Shown piece by piece: positions 37,521 through 51,965 of a stretch of DNA of 64,000 bases. The notes beneath the pieces are model-generated. The model was not told the DNA's origin. It saw only the letters and a list, made by a program, of their open reading frames with translations, and did not search any database. Source of the DNA: Octopus sinensis (Eukaryota); contig NC_043003.1 of NCBI RefSeq assembly GCF_006345805.1, positions 57,846,001 to 57,910,000 of the forward strand. The letters are read 5' to 3'. The stretch's first letter is position 1; the number at the start of each line of letters is the position of its first letter. The translations under genes and the position numbers were made by a program.

Positions 37521-38068
37521 GTAATTTTTTGATGTGTCTTGAAAAAGAGTAGGTGTGCGTATGTGTGTGTATTTTTCTGTTTTTTTTTTCTTTTCTGTTT
37601 TTTTTTTTTCGTTTCTGTTTTTTTTTTTTTTGACAATGCAGAATAAATAGCATGGTTTGTACATCTGTTCAACACACTTGTGTGTTGTGTTTCTGAAATA
37701 TGAAGCAAAGGCTGGGAGGGAAAATAAAACACAAACAGAATCATTTATTTGCTAAAACTTTTCTCTCTCTGCTGTAATTGGATTTAAAGAAATATATAGT
37801 GGAACCATGGAGGAGGCGAAGGTGGTGGTGTGGTGGTGTGGTGGTGTGGTGGTCAGAGCAGTGGTGGTGGTGGTGGTAGTGGTGGTATTGGTTGAGATGG
37901 AATGGAGATAAAGAATTTAAAAAAAAAGGATGAAAAAATACACCAGCTTCTGTAAAAATTTCCAATATAAATGCTGTATATATCATGTGTATATGTGTGT
38001 GTATAGATATTATATATATATATATATATATATGTGGGGGTGTATACATATGTGTGTATATGGATATG

Positions 38069-38103
<35 letters not shown>

Positions 38104-38776
38104 ATATGTGGGAGGTGTATACATGTGTGTGTATGGATATGTATATATATATATATATCCGTGAACATTATCAATGGATAGATAGTTATATACGTTTGTG
38201 TGTGTATGTATGTGTGTGAGGAAATGAAAATAAGAGCAGGACAAGATAAAAGTTATTGTGTTTCATTCTAATAGTTGCAGAAAATAGAATTGTTCTTAAT
38301 AATTTGGACACAAATCCTTCATCAGTAAATGAAGGAGAGGCATGGGAGAAAGAAATGGAAAAGGCAGAATAGTTGTAAATTTCATGTTTTTAATCACTGC
38401 GCTGTTTTGATTATGTACATAGACAAAAGAAATGTATGCACTCGTACACGCATACATGCAGAAACACTTAGGCATTAAAGAGACGTGCACACAGAATGTG
38501 AGTGCAAGTGTATGCACCTCCATATGTATATGTACATGCTAACACATCTGCAGAGTTGTAAATCCCTGGAACTGTCTAAACTAAAAAGAAGTCTTGTCAC
38601 TTTGTTAGCGACTGGATTGAACTCTATGAAGAACTTAAGATAAATCTCTAAGAAGACATACACACAAGTTGAGATAAATGTGTGTGTATATATGTATATG
38701 TTCGTACGTGTGTGAAAATGTGTATGTGTATATACACATATGTATATGTATATATGAATATTTATATATATATATA

Positions 38777-39679
38777 TTTTGTGTATGCATGTATATGTGG
38801 TTGTGTGTGTGTGTGTATATATATACTATATATATATATATATATTTATATATATGTATGTATATATGCACACGTGTTTGTGTGTATGCATGTTGCATAT
38901 ATATTGACATCTTATTGATAAGCCTTATCGATTAAATCAACTTAAAGGGGTTTGACAAAATAATGCCAGGAATTCAATGATGTTTCACTCTCCAGTCTTC
39001 CACTTCTGGCATTCCTCTACCTTGTGAAGCATTCATTGAACTTTCCAATTCCAATACCCACAGTAAAATTGTTACTTCTGCAACTGTATTGAATTCTCTG
39101 TTTCTTTGACATATCTGTCCCTAGTGCAAAACATATCGACTCCGAAGAATGCATGACAAAGTTAAACCGGAATAATATAGTTTTCAAAATTTTGGCACAA
39201 GGCCAGTAATATAGGGGGGGGCAGCAGTGTAGTGGTGGTGGTGGGTGGGATGAGGGTAGGGGTTCAGTTGATTGTATCAACCATAGTGCTCAAACCCAAA
39301 AGGATGAAGGGCCAAAGCTGGTCTCGGTGGAATTTGAACCCAGAACGAAAAGGATGGACGAAACGCCACTAGAATTTTGCCCGGTATGCTAATGATTCTG
39401 TATGCTTACCACCTTAAAGAACCCGAATAACATTGCGAAGAATTCTCTGAACTTCCTAACTATTCTGTCAGCTTGTTTCCATAGCTTGCTTTAATATAAT
39501 AACCGCAGTTTAAACGAACACACTCACATATATGTATAATTAATACATACACACATATATATATACATGTACATGTGTTTGATCACACACACACCATATA
39601 TATATAATATATATATATATATTATATATATATATATTTTGTGTATGCATGTATATGTGGTTGTGTGTGTGTGTGTGTA

Positions 39680-39715
<36 letters not shown>

Positions 39716-40450
39716 GTATGTATATATGCACACGTGTTTGTGTGTATGCATGTTGCATATATATTGACATCTTATTGATAAGCCTTATCGATTAAATCAA
39801 CTTAAAGGGGTTTGACAAAATAATGCCAGGAATTCAATGATGTTTCACTCTTCCAGTCTTCCACTTCTGGCATTCCTCTACCTTGTGAAGCATTCATTGA
39901 ACTTTCCAATTCCAATACCCACAGTAAAATTGTTACTTCTGCAACTGTATTGAATTCTCTGTTTCTTTGACATATCTGTCCCTAGTGCAAAACATATCGA
40001 CTCCGAAAGAATGCATGACAAAGTTAAACCGGAATAATATTAGTTTTCAAAATTTTGGCACAAGGCCAGTAATTATAGGGTGGGGGCAGCAGTGGTAGTG
40101 GTGGTGGTGGGTGGGATGAGGGTAGGGGTTCAGTTGATTGTATCACCCATAGTGCTCAACCCCAAAAGGATGAAGGGCAAAGCTGGTCTCGGTGGAATTT
40201 GAACCCAGAACGAAAAGGATGGACGAAACGCCACGTAGAATTTTGCCCGGTATGCTAATGATTCTGTATGCTTACCACCTTAAAGAACCCGAATAACATT
40301 GCGAAGAATTTCTCTGAACTTCCTAACTATTCTGTCAGCTTGTTTCCATAGCTTGCTTTAATATAATAACCGCAGTTTTAACGAACACACTCACATATAT
40401 GTATAATTAATACATACACACATATATATATACATGTACATGTGTTTGAT

Positions 40451-40460
<10 letters not shown>
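38777..40460. repeat. ~860-bp direct tandem duplication, each unit with a minus-strand family B SINE
   Basis: Units ~38777-39595 and ~39637-40460; differences are mostly 1-bp indels. Confidence 0.95.
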
Positions 40461-40511
<51 letters not shown>

Positions 40512-41328
40512 GTATCCATTCTTTTTTTAATATTTTTATGTGTATGTATCTGTATGTATGTATGTATGTACATATGTATGTATGTATGTGTATATATTTA
40601 CAGATTCAATGTCAACAAAAATAAGCAGATAAGAATTATAGATTTACATTGGTGAATTTTCTTTTTGCTTTTTTTTTTATCTTCAAAGATAGAAGAAATT
40701 TCCATCTGCTTTCTCTTTCTCTCTCTTTCCTCTCTCTCTTCCTCTCTCTCCCCCCCCTCTTATCTTGTTCTCCACTTTTACTTTTCCTCTCCCTCTCACT
40801 CCCTTTCCCTTCCCCCTCATCATCCATCCACACTCACCCCACTCCCTCAATTTACAACATAGACTACTTCCTGTTTTATTTGTATATTCAAAGACAAAAC
40901 AAATTTCCCAAATATACACGTTCCCCTACCCACCCCACCCCCCACCTTCACCATCCCTTATTTCATCTCAGTTCCCTAAAAATATACCAAACAAAATATT
41001 AAACATGTACCACTTCAATTGACATTTTTGATAGATTTTTTTCTTTAGTTCCCCTTCCTCCCCTCACTACACTCTCTCTCTTTCTCTCTGCCACCCTCCC
41101 TCTATCCCTCCTTCCCTCCATCTTTGCCTGTCTTCTTTCCTCTAAATCTTTCTCTAAATCTCCAATATGGATTTTACGATTCTCTCCACCAAAACCTCCT
41201 CCCTCTCTCTCTCTTCCACCCTACCTCACTCATAACCTTTTTTTAATACAACATGTATGTTTGTCTTTTGAAATTAACGGAACCAAATATTATAATCATC
41301 ATCATCATCATCATTATTATTATTAATA

Positions 41329-41786
41329 AGGCAACGAGCTGGCAGAATCGTTAGCACACCGGGTAAAATGCTTAGCAGTATTTTGTCTCTCTTTACGTTC
41401 TGAGTTCAAATGCTGCTGGGGTTGACTTCGCCTTTCAATCCTGTCGGGGGTCAATAAATTAAGTACCAGTTGCTTACTGGGGTTGATGGAATCGACAAGT
41501 CCCCTTCCCCAAATTTCAGGCCTTGTGCCTATAGTAGAAAGTATTATCATTATTATTATTATTATTATTATTATTGGCGGCAAGCTGGCAGAATCGTTAG
41601 CACACCAGGAGAAATGCTCAGTGGTATGTCGTCTGTCTTCCTGTTCCAAGTTCAAATGCCGCCGGGGTCAACTTTGCCGTTCATATTTTCAGGGTTGATA
41701 AATTAAGTACCAGTTACACACTGGGGTGATGTAATCAACTTAATCCCTCCCCATAAATTTGAGGCTTTGTGCTTCCAGTAGAAAGG

Positions 41787-41825
<39 letters not shown>

Positions 41826-42012
41826 TCAAATTTTGGCACAAGGCCAGCAGTTTTTGGTTGGAGTGGGGAAATCAATTACAATGAACCCAGCATTCAACTG
41901 GTACTCATTTTATCAACGCCAAAAGGAACAAAGCTGATCTCGGCAAAACTGGAACTCAGAATGTAAAAGATGGACGAAATGCCGTGAAGCATTTTGTCTG
42001 ACACGCTAACAG
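41329..42012. mobile_element. Three family B SINEs: plus 41329-41552, plus 41577-41787, minus 41828-42012
   Basis: Heads GGC(A/G)(A/G)CGAGCTGGCAGAATCGTTAGC-like; separated by (TTA)n tails. Confidence 0.8.
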
Positions 42013-42540
42013 ATTGATAATAGTAATCATAAAAATTAATTGCTTTTAATGTTAACCATGCCAACGATTTGATGGCAAAGAGCTTAGTCAATTAAATCAG
42101 CTCCAATACATAACAAGTACTTCAGTTTTGCAAAGATGAAAGCTGTATCTGAATCCATAATGGTAAAGGCTATAACTAAATACTGCAAAACACTCTGTAC
42201 CAAATCTCTAAGAATTATGCCAATATTATTTGTTTCTAATTCAAACACCCCCACACACACACCTAGAATTAAATATATACTCACTCACACATAATAATAT
42301 GGTAAAAATGTTGGTAGGCTTTTGAACACATACATGCAGAAATTAACACATATACACATGTATATTAACCATATCCTACACTAACATGTAGGGTTTTTTT
42401 TTTTGTTTGAAAATATATACACACACAAATATATATACAGAATTATACATACACACATGTACCACTCTAACATGTGTATCTAGTTGTATGGGTCTGTGAG
42501 GATGTAAGCGTCTTCAGACTATCATTATGTGTTATAGCTA

Positions 42541-42571
<31 letters not shown>

Positions 42572-42920
42572 CATGCGTGTGTGTGTGTGGTTTACAGTGT
42601 ATGTTTATTAGTATGATTAGTTTGTGTATGTGTGTGTGTGTGTGTATGTGTAATATAGATTATTTATTTACTTATTTAATACAATTTAATGTATGTTTAT
42701 AAAAGATTAATTCAATAATTGGAATCCGACTGCAAATCTCTGGAAAAAAATTGCAAAAATAAAAAAAATTAACAAAGTAACAAAAAAAAATGTCAGATTA
42801 TTGTTATGTCATCTCTTTTTCTTTCTCTCCTCACATATTTATTTAAGCTACATGCATATACGCACATACATGTATAGTCTTATATATACATATACACTCA
42901 CTCATATAATCATATGTATG

Positions 42921-42962
<42 letters not shown>

Positions 42963-43087
42963 AATATAATACACACACATAATGAGAAACTATTGCAGAA
43001 TTTTTCTTATAAGTTCAGTATTGTAAAGTTCTTAAGATGAGAGATATTTATATATAAAAACATATTTGTGTGTGTTGTGTATATAAC

Positions 43088-43121
<34 letters not shown>

Positions 43122-43189
43122 ATATATATATTTTTATATATATATATAGATAGATATATGTATATATGTATATATGTATATGTATGTGT

Positions 43190-43231
<42 letters not shown>

Positions 43232-44239
43232 GTATATATATATAATATATATATATATTATAATATATAATATATATATGTATACACTTGTACATGTGTT
43301 GTGTTTATGTGTGTATACGCATATATGTATATACACATATATATGTGTATCTATGTATGCACACACACACACACATGCATATGTATTGCTATGTTTGAGA
43401 CAATTTTCTCTTATTTGATACATGGATTCTAGATTAAATGTAAATTTCCCAAACTCCTTCAAAAAAGCCTGAATGAAGAAATGAAGAAAAAAAAAAGATA
43501 CAGAGTTGAAAGAACTTTGGCTCATTCCATTTTCGCAATCTTTATTTATTTTTTTTTTGTCTCCTTTTACATATATATATTTCTTCATTCATTCATTTTA
43601 TTTTCATCGCTTTTTGCTTTCTTCTTCTTCTTCTTCATTCAATATATTCAATATAGAGTTTTCCATTGATGTTGTTGTTGTTATCGGCATTAATGGTTAT
43701 TGTTCTTAATTTTGTTTCTCTTGTTGTTGCTGTTGTTGTTGTTGTTGTTGTTGTTGTTTTCGTAACTCTTATTATCTTGAGTATTGTTAAAACTGAACCA
43801 GATGCTACATTTTACATACGTAAAAGAAAGAACAACCCCACAACCACCAAAAAAAAAAACCCCCAAAACATCCCAGTAAAAAACAGTAAAAAAAAAACGG
43901 TAAATAATATGGCATTGGTTTTTGTTGTTTCTCATTGCAATGATTGTCGGGCATCTTCACTGACTGTTGTCATTATTAGCATCGCTGTTGTCTTCGTAGT
44001 CATTGTCATCGCCAGGGTTATTACTGATGTTGCTGCTGCTGTGGTTGTCATTGTTTGTTGTTTGTTGTTATTATCAAACTTTTTTACTGTCATCGTTACT
44101 TAACGAAAAAAAATTAATTAATAGATTGTGTCCACTGCTTCTTCTTCTCTACCCCGTTGTGTTTAACCATTCTCTGTTGCAAATTTCCATTTTTATCATC
44201 TACAAGAACCCCCCCCCACTACACCCTGTTCTTTCGACG

Positions 44240-45300
44240 ACACCATCATCCGCCAGCATCACCACTGCTATTACAACTGCCACCACCACCACCACCACAT
44301 CCACCACCACATCCACCACCACCAGTACTACTACTCCCACAGCTATCATCACTACTGCTACTATCATGACCATCAACACCACCACTACTGCTACTACTAC
44401 TACTACTACTACTATTACTACTATCACCACTACTACTACTACTACTACTACTATTACTACTACTACTACTACTACTACTACCACTACTACTACTACTACT
44501 ACTACCACATCTACCACCACATCTACCACCACCATCACCACTACTACAACTACGAATACCACCACCACTACAACTACTACCACAACTACCACCACTACTA
44601 CCATCACCATCAGCAGTAGGACTACGGTGACTATATGTCACCAATATCACAATATTGTCACATTGGTCAATTCTACCCACCACCACCACCCATCATTGTG
44701 TCATTATCATCATCATCACTATCACCATCATAATCATCATCATCTCAAAACAACAATTCTACATACCACCACCACCACCACCAACGATAACAACAATACT
44801 CCATCCAATTGCCATCATCACAAGTAACATTGTTATGATCATCACCCCCACCACCACCGTCTTGTATCATCATCATCATCATCATCCTCATCAGAAATAA
44901 TACAACTGATGCTTACCTACCAGCAGTGTTGCCACTGTGTGACCACCACCACCACCACCCTCACCATTATCTCTACCACTGCTGCCACCCCCACCTGCAT
45001 CATCATCATCAACAGCATCATCGTCATCATCATCATAACTATATAGGCATTGTTACCAATGCTGTGTCATTACCAGAACCACCACTGCCACAACCATCTC
45101 TACCACTCTTGCAATTGCTGTCACATGCATCACTACCATTATTACCATTACCATCATCATCATCATCATCATCATCATCTTCATCATCTTCATGACCCCC
45201 AACCGCCACCATGGCCAGTTTTATTATCCTTGTCATCAGTACTCTTACCACTGCCATCACCATCACCACCACCATCCCTACCACTGACTACTGTTACTAC
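44240..45300. repeat. Compound (CCA)n/(CTA)n/(CAT)n microsatellite field
   Basis: Directly visible; explains the 274-aa poly-Thr/His ORF. Confidence 0.95.
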
Positions 45301-45480
45301 ACAATGTCCAATACATGAGTTTTTTTTCCTTAGACCACGCATCTACATTTTTAATAATAAAACTGTGTATATGTGTGTATAGATAGATAGACACACAGAC
45401 ACACACACACACACTCACAGTGGCTAGTAGATGTATACGCACATACAGGCATATATATATATATATATACACACACACAT

Positions 45481-45832
45481 ATACGACGGGCTTCTTTCAG
45501 TTTCTGTCTACCAAATCCACTCACAAGGCTTTGGTCGGCCACAGACTATAAAGAAGACACATGCCCAAGGTGCCATGCAGTGGGACTGAACCCAGAATAT
45601 GTGGTTGGTAAGCAAGCTACTTACCACACAGCCACTCATATACATAATATATATATATATTACACACACACATATACGACGGGCTTCTTTCAGTTTCTGT
45701 CTACCAAATCCACTCACAAGGCTTTGGTCGGCCACAGACTATAATAGAAGACACATGCCCAAGGTGCCATGCAGCGGGACTGAACCCAGAATCATGTGGT
45801 TGGTAAGCAAGCTACTTACCACACAGCCACTC
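45481..45832 (-). mobile_element. Two tandem family A SINE heads (period 193)
   Basis: CGACGGGCTTCTTTCAG..CACAGCCACTC repeated with few differences. Confidence 0.85.
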
Positions 45833-45901
45833 ATATACATATATATATATATATATATTCATTCACACATACAAGCATATGTGTGTGTGTATGTATATGT
45901 G

Positions 45902-45961
<60 letters not shown>

Positions 45962-46219
45962 CATATATGGATATATGCAATCATAAATACTCTAAATAGT
46001 CTTATTGTTTATAATGCTTCCGATTTTGAAATTTTCATCGCTCCCTCCCCACACCCCCATCCCCTCTCCCTCCACACACACATACACATGCACACATTGA
46101 GAGATCAATATGCATACATGTGCATCTGCATGTTTGCATTTGCTTTCCATAGTTGGTGTTGTTGTTGTCGTTATTGTTAAAAATCTAATTACATCACCTG
46201 AATACACTCGTCTAAGCTC

Positions 46220-46254
<35 letters not shown>

Positions 46255-46419
46255 CGTGCGTGAGAAAGCGTGTGAGTTTGGCGGGTATGCTACAGTTGTA
46301 TTTTTTTTTTGTTTTTTTTAGTTTTTTTATATGCATGTGCGTGTATGTAATTGCATATACAACATGGGCTCTGTGTTATATTTAATATGCATCCATTGTT
46401 TGTTATCATCGTTATGATC

Positions 46420-46443
46420 ATCACATCATCAGCATCATTATCC

Positions 46444-46479
<36 letters not shown>

Positions 46480-47045
46480 CCTTGACTAGCTTCACCATCA
46501 CCATCACCTTGGCACCATCACCATCATCATCATCATCACCAACCACTACCGTGATGGCCATCATCAGCAACATCAGTACTACCACCACCATTGCCATCAC
46601 CAATTCTCCTCCCTCTCATCATCATCACCATCACCATCATCATGATCATGCCCATCATCATCATCGTCTCCGGAGGCAGCTACAACACTACTCCCACTGC
46701 CACCATCATCATCATCATTGTCATCATCACCATCATCATCACCTTCGTCATTGCCATCATTATCACCACCATCACCACTCCACCATCATCACAATCATCG
46801 CCACCACCAGTCATCTTTATATTAATCAGCATCATTATCATCCTCATCCTTGTTGTCTTCAACACCAGCACCACCCCTATCACCACCATCAACGGCATCA
46901 TCATTATTATTGTTGTTGTTGTTACTATTACTATTATTATTTTTATTATTATCATTATTATTATTATCATTATTATTACTATTACTATTATTATTTTTAT
47001 TATTATTATTATTATCTTTATTATTATCATTATTATTATTACAAA
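46420..47045. repeat. (CAT)n/(CAC)n grading into (TTA)n microsatellite
   Basis: Directly visible. Confidence 0.95.
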
Positions 47046-47518
47046 CTATTATATTCTCTCCTCAAGTTCTTCAGTTCTTCATTCATTCTTCGTTCTGTAC
47101 ATTTTCCCTCAACAACCAATCCTTTTGCTTCATCAAAGCAACTGTCTTCAGGTATTGATAATTTTAGCTGTTATTGTTCAATACATACTGTGCAACACAG
47201 ACTAGATTTCTGGGTTTGCTTTTATTGTCTGTGGCTCCCAATAGTTTTGGGGTGGGAGATTTAATTTATTTTCTGATTTTATTTTTTGGATACCTTTCAT
47301 CATTATCATCATCATCATCATCTCTCGCTCTCTCTCTTGTCTTTCTCTCTCTCTTCTATATATATATATATAGAGAGAGAGAGATAGATAGATATAGTAA
47401 TATATATATATATATGCACACACACACACACATATATATATATATGCTTCTATATATGTATGTATATGTATGCATATACATACATATATAGGTATGTGTG
47501 TATATGTATGTTTATAAA

Positions 47519-47550
<32 letters not shown>

Positions 47551-48309
47551 CTCACACATTCTTCAGTTCATATTTAGATAATAGGTTTTCATCTACACAT
47601 CTCTCTCTCTCTCTTCCTTTCTTTCTCTCATACTTCCGCTCAACCCATTTATTCTGTTTGATTCGTTAATCCATAAATATTAATGATAATAATGATTTTT
47701 TAGGATGGATTCTATTATTATTATTATTATTACGAGGGCGGCCGACGAGGAATAATAATAGTAAAAATAATGATTTCATTGAATGAAATCATTACCATCA
47801 TCATTATTATTATTATCATCATCATCATCATTTTTCTCTTTGTCTGTCGTCCATGTGGCAAATAAAGAACCGATTATTAATATAATTATTATTATCATTA
47901 ATGTTGATATTCCAGTTATTAATATTTAGTGTAAATTATTATCCAGTTCTCTCAGCCCCCCGTCCTCCCCTTTTAAATAAAAAATATCGATTTTCATCCC
48001 CCATCGTTGCTCTTTATCTCTTCAACCTTCCTTTGTGTGTGTGTCCTAAGTGCCTATCCTTAGTCTATTCTCTGTATTCTTATTGTTTCATTGATGTCCT
48101 GGAGATCTTTCATCTTGAGTCACTTCATTCATTGTGCATTGCATAGCATCGCACCTTTTCCCCTCCACCGCCACCACAAGCACCACCTTGAACCTGGCTA
48201 TTCACATTAAAGGCAGGTTTGGTTTCAGAATATGTATATCTCTCTCTCTATGTCAGTCAGTTTCTATGTGTGTGTATGTATATATATATATAAGTATAAT
48301 ATATGTATG

Positions 48310-48541
48310 TGTGTATGTTTTATTCTTTTACTTGTTTCAGTCATTTGACTGCGGCCATGCTGCAGCACCGCCTTTAGTCGAACAAATCAACTCCAGGACT
48401 TGTTCTTTGTAAGCCTGGTACTTGTTCTATTCGTCTCCTTTGCTGAACCGCTAAGTAATGGGGATGTAAACGCATCAACATCGGTTGTCAAGCGATGGGG
48501 TGGAGGACAAACAGGGAAACACACAAAAATATATATATGTA

Positions 48542-48591
<50 letters not shown>

Positions 48592-48752
48592 TACACACAA
48601 TGGGCTTCTTCCAGTTTCTGTCTACAAAATCCACTCACAAGGCTTTGGTCAGCCCAAGGTTACAGTAGAGGACACTTGCCCAAGTTGCTACGCAGTGCGA
48701 CTGAACCCAGAACCATGTGGTTAGGAAGCAAGCTTCTTACCACACAGCCACT
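48310..48752 (-). mobile_element. Family A SINE
   Basis: Reverse complement of the head and tail seen at 20308-20690; CpG-decayed. Confidence 0.8.
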
Positions 48753-49004
48753 CCTATATATTTATTATCTATGTATTGGTTTCAAATTTTGGCACAAAGC
48801 CAGCAATTTCAGGGGTGAGTGTAAGTGTAAGTTACATCGACCCCAGCGCTCAACCAGTGCTTATTTTATCAATCTGAAAATGATGAAGGGTAAAGTTCAC
48901 CCTGGTGGTATTTGAACTCAGAATGTTAAGTCAGAAAAAAATACCACTATACATTTACTGTTTCTGGTGTGGTAACAATTGACACAGATACATATAAACA
49001 TAAT

Positions 49005-49180
49005 CAACCACATCATCATCATCATCATCATCGTTTAACGTCCGCTTTCCATGCTGGCATGGGTTGGACGGTTTTGACCGAGGACTGGCAAGCCAGAAGG
49101 CTGCACCAGGCTCAATGTAATCTGGCAAAGTTTCTACAGCTGAATGCCCTTCCTAATGCCAACCACTCCGAGAGTGTAGT
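49005..49180 (-). mobile_element. Family C SINE with (CAT)n tail
   Basis: CATCATCGTTTAACGTCCGCTTTCCATGCTGGCATGGG.. Confidence 0.8.
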
Positions 49181-50445
49181 CTCATATTCATATATATATA
49201 TATATTTATGCTTTGTGTATTTGCCAGTAAGCTGTGAATTGGCATGGTGGAGAATATTATATAGATGACAGACTCTACCGTCAAAAATGGCATAGGAGTC
49301 TTCAGTTTTAGCTGAAGGACCTGCGCAGATGACTTGTTCATACTTATTAAATGTACATGGTGTCCATTCACTCACTTCCTCTCATCAAATCGACATTGCA
49401 TAAACAGCTGCACAGTGTACCACGCATCAGGTTTCAAAGTGATCGCAGAGCAGTGTCAAATGAAATGTTTTGTTCAAGGACACAATTCATTACCCAGTCT
49501 AGGAATTGAAACCATGATCTTGCAGTCATGAGTGCAACAGTCTAACTACAAGGCCATGTGCCCGTGGCAGCATGGGAAAACTGGCATTAAACAACAGCCC
49601 ACATCAGTTTGTGTATGTGTGTGGCTGTCCGTGCACTCTAGAGAGCCAGGTAGAAGTCAGAGACCAGCGCTTCTATGTCCTGTCTGAAGATCTGTGACTG
49701 ACAGGTTTACGAAAGTACAATTCCTTAGAAGACACTACACCAAACTTCATCAAGAAGAGTCACACACCACTTATTTCTTGCACCAGGTTTCATCCCCACC
49801 TTTTTTCTTTTCTTTTATTTTTTTTGGATTATTCTGTTTGATTTCCATGAATCATCATAATTTCTTCTTGATTCCTTCTGATTGGTCTGTCGGTTAATTA
49901 TTTTTGGAGTTTCATTCTCATTGAGAGCAGCAATTAAGGATATTTTCTAACGTCCCGTCTCATCTGTATTATCAAACATTAAACTGGCCACTTTCAATTC
50001 ACTGTAAATGTTTTGCTTGTTTTTGTCTTTCCTTTATGAAATTATCAAAGCATTTATATATATATGTGCAAATTTCTCTCTTCTATCGCTCAAATGATTT
50101 CTCTCACTATTCATATATATATATATATACATGTACACTCACACACACATAGATAGAGATAGATAGATGGATAGATAGATATAGATATATGTGTGTGTGT
50201 GTGTGTCCAAATCCCTTTCTCTCTCTCTCGCTCTCTCTCTCTCTTGTATTTTTTAAATATTTTTCTCATTCCTCTTTAATATTTCTATCTCTTATTCTTA
50301 TAGTCCCCCTCGCTCTCTTTCTCTCTCTCACTCTCTCTCTCTCTCTCTCTCTCTGTGACTTTTCCTCTCTCTTTCTCTCATGGCTTCCTTCTCTCACTTT
50401 CTTTTGTGTTTTCTGTCATTCTTTTTCTCTCTTGCAATTTCCCTG

Positions 50446-50479
<34 letters not shown>

Positions 50480-51299
50480 ATGCTTTCCTTGTTACTCTCT
50501 GTCTCTCCTCCATGCTTTCCTTGTTACTCTCTCTCTCTTTCTTTCTCTTTGTCTCATTCCTCCCACCACCACCACCAACAACACCATTCCCAGTTTCTTT
50601 CCCTCTCTCATCACTCCCCCTCTTTCTCTGCATCTCTCCTCATCTCTGTATCTCTCACAGCTGAATGCATTCACTAAAAGCTTCACTTGTTGGCCACTTA
50701 TTATGTGTTCCATGTATGTAATCAAGTGAATATAGGGCAAGTATTACTTTCCTTTCTACTTTGATACATTTTGCACACTCTACTGGGTTGGTTGCTTCTT
50801 AAACAGCTTTTAGTCTTAATCAACAACACACTTTACACACACACACACACACACACAATTCTGCACATCAGCCCCTCTCTCTTTCTCTATATCTTTTTAT
50901 GTCCTCCTCCTCCTCCTCCTGCTCCTCTTCATCTACTTCTGTTCCTTCATCTCTCTCCCTCTCTCACCTTCTCTCTCTCTCTCTTGCTCTCCTTATCGCA
51001 GCCTCGCAATATTCTGTCCTCGCTGACACTCAACAGACACAATATATCACTTTGTTGCGCTATTGCACATGCCAGCAGACGTACATGACGTCCCCCCCCT
51101 TTTCCACCTCCCACCATTCCCTCATTCTCCTTCCTCATATGCAAACACACAGACACACACACACACGCACGCGCATAAACTTGCACATGCATATATATAT
51201 ATATCCATGTGTACACACCCACGTGCATGTACGCGGCTTTACAATGTAGTGGTGATTGATATCATTTTTGTTCTTCAGGACTTACAATGTACACACAAT

Positions 51300-51965
51300 G
51301 TATCACCGTCATCATCTTCATCTTCATCATCATCATCATCATCATCATCATTATCATCATCTTCATCATCATCATTTTCATTGACTTCATCATCATCATC
51401 ATTTTCATTGACTACATCATCATCATCATCATCTTCATCATCATCATCATTCATTATCATCTTCATCATCATCATTTTCATTGACTTCATCATCATCATC
51501 ATTTTCATTGACTACATCATCATCATCATCTTCATCATCATCATCATCATCATTATCATCTTCATCATCATCATTTTCATTGACTTCATCATCATCATCA
51601 TTTTCATTGACTACATCATCATCATCATCATCTTCATCATCATCATCATCATCATTATCATCTTCATCATCATCATTTTCATTGACTTCATCATCATCTT
51701 CATCATCATCATCATCATCATCATCATTATCATCATCATCTTCATCATCTTCATAATCATAATCATTTTCATCGACTTCATCATTATCATCATCATCATC
51801 ATCATCTTCATTGTCATCGTCATCATCATTTGATGTCCGTTTTTCCATGCTGGCGTAGGGTGGACGGTTTTAATAGAAGCCAAAGAATCAAACGACTGCG
51901 TCAAGTTCCAGTGTCTGCTTTGGAATGGTTTCTATGGCTGGATGCCCCTTCCAACTGCCAATCAC
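51300..51965 (-). repeat. Family C SINE end with an expanded higher-order (GAT)n tail
   Basis: SINE 3' end at ~51830-51965; tail with recurring TTTTCATTGAC(T/TA) variant blocks. Confidence 0.85.

Noticed and set aside
44003-44827. 274-aa Thr-rich mucin-like ORF and similar long low-complexity ORFs (1532-1945, 19093-19707, 46482-47264, 51063-51833)
   Set aside because: Translations of trinucleotide microsatellites open in several frames and on both strands, with no domain content.
47731-47750. GC-rich TACGAGGGCGGCCG resembling a mariner TIR start
   Set aside because: Under 20 bp with no matching opposite end found.
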